Assembly: GCA_054661495.1 (NCBI GenBank)
Contig: BAAFSQ010000279.1
Span: forward strand, 1-13,106
Origin: Zygophlyctis sp. KS116
Taxonomy: Eukaryota; Fungi; Chytridiomycota
DNA length: 13,106 nt
Reading direction: 5' to 3'
Made by a program: the position numbers and the translations under genes. The notes below the pieces were generated by a model, which was given only the letters and a program-made list of their open reading frames with translations, was not told the origin of the DNA and did not search any database. Every line of letters starts with the position of its first letter. The first letter of the stretch is position 1. Positions 1-8,648 of the stretch are shown here, one piece after another.

Positions 1-347
1 GGGAAAGAGTTAGCGGCCATAGATCCAGCTGACAGCGGAGCTGCGGAGCGGTATCCCATTGACCCAACTGAACTTTGAGGAACTTGAGTGGCTTATGGCA
101 CACTTTCTGCGCCACTTACAAAACTTTGTGGCACATGGGGGTTATTTTCTTCCGTCGCTGCAGGTACTGTAGAGCTCTGAACAGCGGAATTAGGTACGAT
201 CGTTAATACAGCGACCTCAGGGGGTGCTAGATATTCAACCTGATCGATTTCCATCTGCTCCATTGATGAAGCTAATGGAAACTCTGCAACTGAACTACCA
301 GCAGTAGTTCCGGAAGCAGCATTATTTTTTGTTTTTCTTGGAGGCAT
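1..347 (-). pseudogene. gag: N-terminus of gag-like ORF of an LTR retrotransposon, with a premature stop; runs off the window
   Basis: ATG at 347 lies about 60 bp downstream of a PBS and LTR on the minus strand. Low-complexity S/A/P-rich protein. The frame stays open past the TAA at 93-95 (*ATQVPQSSVGSMGYRSAAPLSAGSMAANS). No diagnostic gag motif is inside the window. Confidence 0.6.
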
Positions 348-410
348 TTTTCTTCTCTTTTTAGTACTTTTTTTTAAGTCTTTATAAATTTTTTTTTCTG
401 TTTTTATCGA

Positions 411-428
411 TGCCGGTATTCTCCACCA
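411..428 (-). promoter_or_regulatory. Primer-binding site complementary to a tRNA-Ala-type 3' end
   Basis: Minus strand reads LTR-end ...CTCTTACA, one T, then TGGTGGAGAATACCGGCA(TCGA). The plus strand TCGATGCCGGTATTCTCCACCA resembles a tRNA T-arm/acceptor end with the TCCACCA terminus typical of tRNA-Ala. Confidence 0.75.
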
Positions 429-429
429 A

Positions 430-607
430 TGTAAGAGATGAAACTCTTTAAGATAAAATTTATTATTATTAACCTAGAACTAAAATTAACCTATTAATTG
501 ATTTCCTAGTACTTCCATATGTGAGATTCCCAAACCTACTTGCTTAGGCCTCAAACTCAAACCTACACTGTCAATCACGTTCATCTGAACTGATCTGTCC
601 CTCTACA
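430..607 (-). mobile_element. 5' LTR (178 bp) of a minus-strand LTR retrotransposon
   Basis: TG...CA termini with imperfect inverted ends (TGTAAGAG at 430, CTCTACA ending 607), directly abutting the PBS. The partner LTR is outside the window, so the 607 boundary is inferred. Confidence 0.7.
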
Positions 608-631
608 GATCGACACATATTTTAAGGTTAT

Positions 632-1427
632 CAATGATGAATTTATTGATGATTTGGATATGGAGGTAGTAGTAAACATGCATATTAACTTGATAGGTTG
701 CTGCTTTTTTTTTTTATGAAACTGCCATTCCTTTTAATGTTGCTGATGCGGAATCTTTTAAAGAGATGTTACGGATAGCCTGTCCTGGATACACCCCTCC
801 TTCTTCTAAAAAAATTAAGACCCAGACTACGTGATAAAACATTAAAATGATTGGATGAAGTAATAAAGAATTTAGTGGAGAAGACTCCTGTAGTTTCAAT
901 AGTTTCTGATGGTTGGAGTGATATCAGAAACGACAATCGGGTCAACTTTGTAGTTACAATTCCGAATTGTAAACATATATTATATAAAGCAATTGAAACC
1001 ACTGAAAACACTCTGACCGGTGAAGCAATTTATCAAGAGTTGAATAAGGTGATTCAGGAGATTGGACCAGAAAAAGTATGCTCAGTGGTAACTGATAACG
1101 CATCAAATATGGTAGCTGCTGGTTAATCGATGTGCTGGTCATGTTTTAAATCTTCTTATTTTATTTAAAGATATCCTCCAAATATGTGCATATGAAGAAA
1201 CACTCCGGCATGCTGTTGAGGTGTCTAAATTTGTTTAAGGTCGTGGGGCTTTTAGTAAAGAATTCAGAACTATTCAGGCCCAGTCATCATCTCTAAAAAA
1301 GAGATTTTTATCTCTTCCTGTAGAAACTCGCTGGTACACTCAATATCATTGCATAAAAAATGTGCTGGATAATAGAGAAACTCTCTCTATGATATGTGTA
1401 ACTAATCCATTTAAACAAAAATATTAG
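632..1427 (+). pseudogene. Degenerate hAT-superfamily (DUF659-type) transposase fragment
   Basis: Across frameshifts and stops: FFYETAIPFNVADAESFKEML..PGYTPPS, SIVSDGWSD (first catalytic D), VVTDNASNM (second D), CAGHVLNL (CxxH), LPVETRWYT. No C-terminal dimerisation domain or TIRs seen. Start boundary approximate. Confidence 0.9.
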
Positions 1428-1469
1428 CGTTAAAAATGATTTTTGAGTTTCCTTTGAGCGTAAGAAAGA

Positions 1470-1752
1470 TTAAGTGGGTTGTGCAGGTGGAAAAGTTTTA
1501 TAAATTCGTACGAGGTTAGCCTGCCGCAAAATTATATGAAGATAGCCTGCCCTACGACTACCGCAAATAGGCTGCCGACCATTTCTATAAAAAATTAATC
1601 AAACTTCAAATTGAGGTATAACAATGTTTTATTAATTGGTAAACTGGAATTCAATTATTATTGTATAATCACAATAATATTTGATTTTCAAGTCATACCA
1701 TATGATTACAATCGGCTCTTTAAAGGAGCCTTCAATAGCATGTGATTTTAAC
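1470..1752 (+). repeat. Non-coding leader of putative Helitron-like element, copy A (inverted homolog of about 3630-3915)
   Basis: Reverse complement aligns by eye with 3630-3915 (e.g. ATATTATTGTGATTATa/cCAATAATA; CGGCAGCc/tTATTTGCGGTAGTC). Contains palindrome GGCTCTTTAAAGGAGCC at 1714-1730. Confidence refers to the homology; the Helitron identity is weaker. Confidence 0.8.
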
Positions 1753-1754
1753 TT

Positions 1755-2031
1755 GTTTCTGATGGTTGGAGCAATAGCAGAAACGACAATCTGGTCAACT
1801 TTGTAGTTACAATTCCGAATTGTAAACCTATATTATGAAAAGCAATTGAAACCACTGAAAACACTCTGACCGGTGAAGCAATTTATCAAGAGTTGAATAA
1901 GGTGATTCAGGAGATTGGATCAGAAAAAGTATGCTCAGTGGTAACTGATAACGCATCAAATACGGCAGATTGTTTTAAATCTTCTTGTTTTATTTAAAGA
2001 TATCCTCCAAATAAGTGCTTATGAAGAAACA
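1755..2031 (+). pseudogene. Second copy of the hAT transposase catalytic fragment (duplicate of 902-1202)
   Basis: Near-identical to 902-1202 (VSDGWS...VVTDNASN) with scattered substitutions and a different deletion that removes CAGH. Confidence 0.9.
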
Positions 2032-2275
2032 TCCTGGAAAAAATGATCTAGAAGAATTAAGCGGTAAATCCAAGGGTCTTAAAGCTGACTTAATTCTGAT
2101 TTGGATCGAGAAATTCGACAAAAACCAAACTTTTGCCTAGCCAACTTTCCATTCTAAGTCATGTTCTACTGAATGGTGCTAAGCAAAAATATACAGTCTG
2201 TAATGTGTCAAAATGCACTTAAATAAAAAAAAACTGAAAAACGTCCCTATACAATATGGGCTTTGCTGATTCCTT
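2031..2275 (+). pseudogene. Internally deleted coding remnant of putative Helitron-like element, copy A
   Basis: LEELSGKSKGLKADLI and NSTKTKLLPSQLSILSHVLLNG...TVCN-CQNALK match the minus-strand copy B peptides QE*LRGKFKWAKADLI and NSKKSKLSPSQCSVIDHVLLN*...TVCNMCQNALK. Confidence 0.65.
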
Positions 2276-2299
2276 TAAAACATACGCCAGGGCTAGGGT

Positions 2300-2520
2300 T
2301 AATTTATGTTTTTTGTTAGATTTGGAACGTATAAGACATCTCTTAAGATGATTGTCCTATTTTTCTGTAGTATTTTGACATTTCCTCTTCCTATAGCCTT
2401 TGTGGAGCTACTATCAGCTAAATTTACTTTTATGTCATTTATTGACTCGTAAGTAGTCTTCATTATGTCTGATTGCGTTTGCAATGCTGCCAGCGTGGCT
2501 TCCCATGATTGTGGTAGCGT
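2300..2520 (-). pseudogene. Ty1/Copia fragment: gag C-terminal piece fused in frame to the protease region
   Basis: LPQSWEATLAALQ (Copia gag LPxSW motif) followed by KVNLADSSSTKAIGRGNV...LRDVLYVPNLTKNI (Copia protease beta-barrel motifs). Zn knuckle and DSG are absent. Confidence 0.8.
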
Positions 2521-2934
2521 ATCACAGGTTTTTATGATTTAATTATCCCCGGGGCGTGCATTCAGGTCATTTCAAAGGTAAAATTCCTAAGATAATATAT
2601 GAGATATGGGTATAAATGTTCCGTGTTTGATCTAGATGAAAGGTTAGGGTAACTATTAAAGATCTTCATAATGTAGTAACATATACCCAATTTCATTCTT
2701 ACGGAAGGTACTGTGAACATAAAAATAAATAGTAAAAAAATAACAAACCCAGCTGCCGATTTGGCTAAAGACACGGAAAACTCGTCTCCGAATGGTAAAA
2801 CAGCAGAACTAATTACAAATCCAAAACAAGGGTCTGATTCAGACTATATTACATTTATTTTCCAGTGAAAACAATCTTGTCTCCTTGTTCTAATCTGTCT
2901 TCTAAGACCCATTTTCATGATTTGGATCCCAGAA

Positions 2935-3545
2935 ACTATATTGTAAAGTGACATTTTTAAGTGCATTTTGACACATATTACAGACTGTTGATTCTTCCAA
3001 AAACTCAATTCAGTAGAACATGATCTATAACGGAGCATTGGCTTGGCGATAGTTTGCTTTTTTTCGAATTCATTTCATTCGTAAACTTAACCATTCCACA
3101 AACGTTACAAGCGCCTACATACATATTATCTTCTTTATCCAAGTCATCGTAAAAATTCCTGCCGATTATCCTGTAACTATTGATAGAGTGACAGAAAGGT
3201 GGCGAATCACACTTTCCTTTATATTTTCTGTCAAGTAGGTCATTATTGATGAAGTTTTCTGTTTCAATTAGATGATGATTAACTACTTAATTATTTATTC
3301 ATAATACTCACCATAATGTATATGTTTGAGTTCCTGATTTATGAGTGACTCCACTTTTTTATTCACTCCGTCTTTTTGATCAATTCCTCTGTCCCTTTGA
3401 TCAACCTTGATTTCTAATAGATGTCCAATTAAGTCTGCTTTAGCCCACTTGAATTTACCTCTTAATTATTCTTGAAATGATTTCAGTATGTCAGCTTTCC
3501 TTTTTTTAAGGATTTCCTTTGTAGAGTTCTGACTTCGTGAATGGG
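2935..3545 (-). pseudogene. Coding remnant of putative Helitron-like element, copy B (Cys-pair region resembling the N-terminus of DUF6570-type Rep/helicase proteins)
   Basis: ACNVCG...VCNMCQNALKNVTLQYS resembles the CxxC...CxxCxxxL motif upstream of Helitron/Helentron Rep domains. No HUH or helicase motifs are present, so the assignment is tentative. Confidence 0.45.
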
Positions 3546-3611
3546 GTTTGTTGGACTTTTACTCTATTTGTTAGTATACTTTAAGATTCCGGTATAAATC
3601 ACAAGCTTTTA

Positions 3612-3915
3612 AAGGCTCCTTTAAGGAGCCTATTATAATCAAATGCGATTAAGGCTCCATGAAAGAGCCACTTATAATCTTACGATATGAATTGGAAACC
3701 AAATATTATTGTGATTATCCAATAATACTTGAATTCCAATTCAACCTTGAGGAATCAATTATCAAATAATCTATACTTCCATTTGTAGTTTGTTATAGAT
3801 TTTCACGGCAGCTTATTTGCGGTAGTCTTACGGCAGGCTAACTTCTGGCAAGTGAGCGGCAGGCTGACCTCAAAAGAATTCGCGGAAACTTGTTTCACCT
3901 AAACAACTAACTCAA
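3612..3915 (-). repeat. Non-coding leader of putative Helitron-like element, copy B, with tandem palindromes
   Basis: AGGCTCCTT-T-AAGGAGCCT (3613-3631) and degenerate AAGGCTCCATGAAAGAGCC (3651-3669), each followed by TTATAATC. Repeated CGGCAG/CGGTAG motifs at about 3805-3865. Inverted homolog of 1470-1752. Confidence 0.8.
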
Positions 3916-4131
3916 CACACTGCCGCAAAATCTTTTAAAAAATTAATATGAAACTTACAGCAGCTCAAAAAAGAAATGCATCCAATTTCTATAAAACTCA
4001 GTTGGATTTTCCTTATAATGTTAGTTCAATGAATTTTTCTTGGATTGGAAGTGGAAACAAACCCATAGCATATTCTTTAATTTTGGATCAGGACAAAACA
4101 AGCGATACTGATTTGTATCAACTTTAACTAT

Positions 4132-4355
4132 TGTAGGCATTATTTTTATAAATTACCTGCCTGTCAATACTAACCTTATCTCGCATTTCATACCGAGGAT
4201 GGGAGACTCACCGTTGTCAAGTGACCTTCTTCAAATTTGGTTTCATGAATGATTGTTTTGTTTCAACCCCTTTTGCACTATAAAAGCGGCATTAGTTTCA
4301 GAATAAACTACCATTAATCTCATTGACTTTAAGTCCTTTTCTAACTGATTTAATA
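4132..4355 (+). mobile_element. Probable 5' LTR of the plus-strand Ty3/Gypsy element
   Basis: Starts TGTAGG (4132), TATAAAA at 4279-4285, AATAAA at 4302-4307, immediately upstream of the gag ATG (4365). The 3' boundary is uncertain (CA at 4322 or TTAATA at 4355) and there is no second LTR to confirm it. Confidence 0.55.
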
Positions 4356-4364
4356 TTTTTTTCA

Positions 4365-4961
4365 ATGAACTCTAGTGATAACAATTCTGCTCAATCAAGC
4401 AATCATTCTTACAACTTAAGAAATCGATCCCAATCTCTCGGCAATCATTCTCGGATTCCTGTTCCTGCCAACAACCGTCCATATATTGCCAGCAAAACAC
4501 AAGTTGCTGCGCCTTCTTCTTCTGCCATTCCTGCTACTAACCCTCGGCTCCTCCAGTGCCTACCATCTTGGCATCTCATTCAGCTCTCCCAGCGATTAGT
4601 ACTGCTTCTTCTCAGTCTCATTTTGGCTTCAATGTCACTTCTATGGCTCCTGCAGAGTCTTCTCTCAGACCATGCAATTTTCCATCAGGAGTCACTCCCA
4701 CTCCTCCTGCTTCTAACAAGGCTGCTACTAATGTTTCAACGCCTAGTGCCCGGTCTAATGACGCTTATTCTGTCCCTCCTGGTTCTTCTATCCACGCACC
4801 CACTTCGGCGACTTCTAGCGTAGCCTCCGGACATTTAGGGTCTGGCAATTTGGGGTAGGGGTAAAAACAGTTTGTCTTAAACTCTGAGTATTATTATTTC
4901 TAATCTCTCTATCGAACTCCAAGCCGCTCTAGCTTCTGGAGATCTTGAAAAAACTGCTCAG
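4365..4961 (+). pseudogene. gag: Frameshifted low-complexity N-terminus of Ty3/Gypsy gag
   Basis: MNSSDNNSAQSSNHSYNLRNR... S/P/A-rich sequence continues in a second frame from about 4550 (ORF 4556-4858) and returns to the gag-pol frame near the G-run at 4852-4861, with one TAA before TLSIIISNLSIELQAAL. Confidence 0.65.
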
Positions 4962-7181
4962 TTGTCTCAACAGATAGCTCATCTATCTACACTATCATCT
5001 GCACAACAGCACCAAACACAACCCATTCAACAGTCAAGTAATTATCTTGAAAGACAGATTATGTCTTGTCTGGACAAACTTCCTGTTTGGAAAACAAACA
5101 CCCATCCCTTGGATTTCTTAGGCGAGTTTGTTCAAACTGTGGAGTCACATGGTCTTTCAGACTATGTTATGAATGGAAATGACAATTACCTCATTCGCAA
5201 TCGTCTTTTTAAATATTGTTTCCGCAAGGACTTATCCCTGCAGCAAACAGTTTCTAGTTTATTAAATTGCAAACCGACCTTCGATCAACTAAAGGAAGCC
5301 TTTCTGACTGATCGATGGGGATCTCAATGGAAAGCTAAGCTTTACTCTACAATTAACGTAATGAAACTTACCTCATCTGTTTCAGACTTTGCTGACCAAT
5401 TTCTTTTAGCTGTTTCCAGAACTGGTGATCATCCTGACCAGTTTGCTGCTCTATTTGAATCTCGACTACCAAGTTACATAAGAAATCAATTACCTTTAGC
5501 TCGAAGAAAAGAGACAAGTCAGTCTCTGCATCAGCTATCTGAATTTGCGAAGTCATTGGACAATCATGATCAATCTCATAAACAGTCAAGCTCTTCTTCG
5601 AATTCTTCCTCTTCCTCTAACTGTCTACTACATCCGGAAGGTTCTCATTCTACAAAAAATTGCAAGAAATTACAAAATGCATTAAAATCAAACTTGGGCT
5701 GTCCTTTGCACGACGAAAAACACTCAACCAACGATTGCAACAAGTTGAAACGATTTCTAATTACCGACGTAAAGAAAGCAGCTTTGGAAGCCAACAAAAA
5801 ATTGTGTTTTAAATGTAACCAATTGTGGGTTTCTGGGCACAAATGCCACGACGCTAAATCCACTTCTTTGGATCAAATGATCCTGGATTCTAAAGCTACA
5901 CATAAATCCCAACAACATGACTCTGGTAATGACTATTTAATCCCTTTGAATTATGATGACGCTACATATCAAGCTCTCATCGACAGCGGATCTGAAGTAA
6001 GTTTTATCTCGTCAAAACTATATTCAGGCAAAATCAATCATACTCACGGTTCACTTAGAATGGCTGATGGTTCACTGAAACAAAGAACTGGGACTACTGA
6101 TCCTCTTGCGTTTTCTTTGTTGGGCACATCTTACACTCACTGTTTTGAACTGATGGACCTAGACAACTCCAATCATTTCATTCTTGGAAGAGACTTATTC
6201 AAGTTGCTTGGCATTAGTTTAAAATTTACGCGACCTATCAAGCACGAATCAACTGTAGATCCTATTCAGGATTCCAAGTTTCAACATGATCTCTTACCAA
6301 ATCTCATCTCCGATAAAGATCAAAGTACTCTGAAAGATTCAATTGAAGAACAACTACTCAAAAATAATTCAATCAAGCATGGGTCGTTTATCAAACATGA
6401 ATCCGCAACAGTCGAATTGCCAACGGGTACTCACCCCCCAACTATGACCAGGCAGTATAGAATTCCTGAGAAATTACAACGCATAGTCAGCGAACAGGTG
6501 TCTTCATGGCTTAATTCTAATATCATCGAAAAAGGATCATATCTAAGCCCTTACAATCACAGCCTTTGGGTTGTTTCTAAAAAGGACGAGCAAGGCTTAA
6601 AGACTAAACACAGAATCGTAATGGATCCCAGGCAATTGAATAATCAACTTTCGGTACCAGACTTCCCTGTCCCTATTATCTCTGACATTTTCATGAAGAT
6701 CACTGGTTTTTTTATCTACAGTTCACTGGATGCTGATCAATCCTTTCACCAATTGCAAATCAAATCTGCAGACCGTTTTAAAACAACATTTACTTGGCAA
6801 AATAATAGATATCAATTTGTCGGAGCTCCTTTTGGTATAAAACATCTATCTTCTGTAATGCAAAGTATTATGGAGGATATTTTCAAAAATCTACACTTCG
6901 TTCTTGTATACGTAGATGCCATCATTATATTTTCACGATCAATTAAGGAGCACATAGCTCATCTCAAGCTAGTTATCGATTTGCTCAACAATCACAACGT
7001 AAAATTAAAATTATCCAAATGTTATTTCGGTATGTCACATATCAGGGTACTAGGTCATATCATATCCAGATTTGGTCGCTCATTAGACTCCCGTAAAATG
7101 GAGAATATTCTTCAGTTACAGCGACCGACCAGTTTAAAGCAACTCCAGGCTCGATTAGGCCTCTATAATAGCTTTTTGTAA
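4962..7181 (+). CDS. gag-pol: Ty3/Gypsy gag-pol polyprotein (capsid, Zn motifs, aspartic protease, reverse transcriptase); 3'-truncated and probably inactive
   Basis: Capsid-like FDQLKEAFL..W and SVSDFADQF; CxxH..H..C twice plus CFKC..GHKC; protease ALIDSGS (DSG 5982-5990) and ILGRD; RT motifs HRIVMDPRQLN, SSLDADQSFHQL, APFGIK, YVDAIIIFS, KLSKCYFG, VLGHII. Protease directly followed by RT is Ty3 order. RNase H and integrase are missing. Confidence 0.95.
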   Translation: MSQQIAHLSTLSSAQQHQTQPIQQSSNYLERQIMSCLDKLPVWKTNTHPLDFLGEFVQTVESHGLSDYVMNGNDNYLIRNRLFKYCFRKDLSLQQTVSSLLNCKPTFDQLKEAFLTDRWGSQWKAKLYSTINVMKLTSSVSDFADQFLLAVSRTGDHPDQFAALFESRLPSYIRNQLPLARRKETSQSLHQLSEFAKSLDNHDQSHKQSSSSSNSSSSSNCLLHPEGSHSTKNCKKLQNALKSNLGCPLHDEKHSTNDCNKLKRFLITDVKKAALEANKKLCFKCNQLWVSGHKCHDAKSTSLDQMILDSKATHKSQQHDSGNDYLIPLNYDDATYQALIDSGSEVSFISSKLYSGKINHTHGSLRMADGSLKQRTGTTDPLAFSLLGTSYTHCFELMDLDNSNHFILGRDLFKLLGISLKFTRPIKHESTVDPIQDSKFQHDLLPNLISDKDQSTLKDSIEEQLLKNNSIKHGSFIKHESATVELPTGTHPPTMTRQYRIPEKLQRIVSEQVSSWLNSNIIEKGSYLSPYNHSLWVVSKKDEQGLKTKHRIVMDPRQLNNQLSVPDFPVPIISDIFMKITGFFIYSSLDADQSFHQLQIKSADRFKTTFTWQNNRYQFVGAPFGIKHLSSVMQSIMEDIFKNLHFVLVYVDAIIIFSRSIKEHIAHLKLVIDLLNNHNVKLKLSKCYFGMSHIRVLGHIISRFGRSLDSRKMENILQLQRPTSLKQLQARLGLYNSFL

Positions 7182-7895
7182 GTCAGGAGAGACATTCACA
7201 TTAATTAATGCTCTTGTTGAATGATCTGCATCTGGATATAACCCTAAGGTTTTACTTTTTCCTGGTTTATAACTAATAGTGTAATCATATTCGTTAAGGT
7301 TGACTGTTGACTGCCCAACGTGCTTGTCTTCTTCCACAGCTTCTCCAAACTGTGGTGGTCTGTCTTAATATTAAAGTGGTCTCCTAATAGGTATGGACGG
7401 AAGTGGTCCAACGCCCAAACTATGGCTAATGCTTCTTTTTCTTGTGTATGGTACTTTCTTTCTACCGGTGTTAATACTCTAGATGCATATTGGATTTCAT
7501 GTTCTTTCCCATCTTCCCCTTCTTGGGAAAGGACTGCTCCTATACCAATATCACTTGCATCTGTTGTTACTTCAAATTTAAAACGTCGACTAAAGTCAGG
7601 GAGATTTAGTATTGGTTTTTTTTTAAGTTTTTCTTTTATAATGTCAAAGGCATTTTTTGTTCAAGGCCCCATTCAAAAGTTACTTTTTCTATTGTGACTG
7701 ATCTTAAGGCATGCTCCAGTTGGGCAAAATCCTGGATTAGTTTTCTGTAATATCCGGCTAATCCTACAAAGCTAACTACTTCTGCTTTGTTCTTTGGGAT
7801 TGGCCAATTCATTACTTTATCTACTTTAGCTGGGTCTGGATGTATAACCCTCCGGCTAATGTCTAATCCTAAATAAGGTATTTTATCACAACATA
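7160..7895 (-). pseudogene. pol: Ty3/Gypsy pol fragment: RT thumb/connection and RNase H of a second element
   Basis: Minus-strand translation across frameshifts: IPYLGLDIS...PDPAKVDKVMNWPIPKN..VVSFVGLAGYYRKLI..FEWGLEQKNAF..VTTDASDIGIGAVLSQ..YASRVLTPVERKYHTQEKEALAIVWALDHFRPYLLG..KTDHHSL..EYDYTISYKPGK. Confidence 0.93.
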
Positions 7896-8366
7896 TGTAA
7901 ACAGTCTTGATTCAGCTGGTTGATAACAAAGAAACATTCGCAAAATGTCTTATTACCGAGATTTATAGGTATTCTAATATACACTTGGCATAATAGATTT
8001 CCATTATTAGCAGAGGTCAATTATACAAGTAATAACATTAACTTTACTGAACTGTAGGACGATAAAGACAGGGAATTCCTGACTTGACTGAGCTACGACA
8101 AGGCTCTATTTTGTGGACGTGAAATACAGAAGCAATCTTAGCTGTCCTTTTTGAACCCTAATGGACCTATGCATCTTAGTCCTGAAAATATTCTACTGCC
8201 TGAGAGCCAGAGCTGAAATGACAGAATATCAACTTGGTCTTAATTCTCAAACTATCCTACAAATCACAGCAGCTGTTAATTTATTAATCAAACACAAATT
8301 CTCAATCAATGTATCAAATATTACTATAAAATGTATTCAATTGGGGATGAATATACTCTGAATCAA

Positions 8367-8648
8367 AGCCCTAATCGAATTGTATGGAAGAAAGAACACA
8401 ACAAATGGAAATCCCTCCCATATAGTCATCCTGACCAAGTGACGGTAAGGAGTTCTTGGTAGGCGAACCGATTCTACCACACCGACCCTTTTCGGGACGC
8501 TTTGCACTATAGGTGATCCTTCCCTCTACATCTTCCCCCAACTTGTTTAGCTGACGTTCTCGTCAGAATGGGCTAAACACGAAGATTTGAGATAGATCAG
8601 TTTCGAGTGAAGCTGATGCGGCTAAAATGGATTAACTTGCGATCACCT
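8367..8648. repeat. Structured cassette, copy 1 (direct repeat of 9712-9999)
   Basis: 282-bp segment matching 9712-9999 except for a few substitutions and 6 nt of insertions. Contains several nested inverted repeats. Confidence 0.95.

Noticed and set aside
407-428. tRNA gene
   Set aside because: Only the 3' ~22 nt including CCA is present, with no cloverleaf; position next to an LTR identifies it as a PBS.
1714-1730. Histone 3' stem-loop (GGCTCTTT...GAGCC), also 3614-3630
   Set aside because: 17 nt rather than the 16-nt 6-4-6 geometry, no histone ORF upstream, and embedded in a repeat.
8511-8523. SSU rRNA 3'-end-like GGAAGGATCACCT on the minus strand
   Set aside because: No preceding helix-45 (GTAACAAGG...GAACCTGC) sequence; short chance match.
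8550-8610. Hammerhead ribozyme (minus-strand CTCGAAAC and CTGACGAG) or HDV-like ribozyme (TTCTCGT, GCTAA)
   Set aside because: Stems II and III and the NUH site cannot be built around the hammerhead cores, and P3/P1 pairing fails for an HDV fold.
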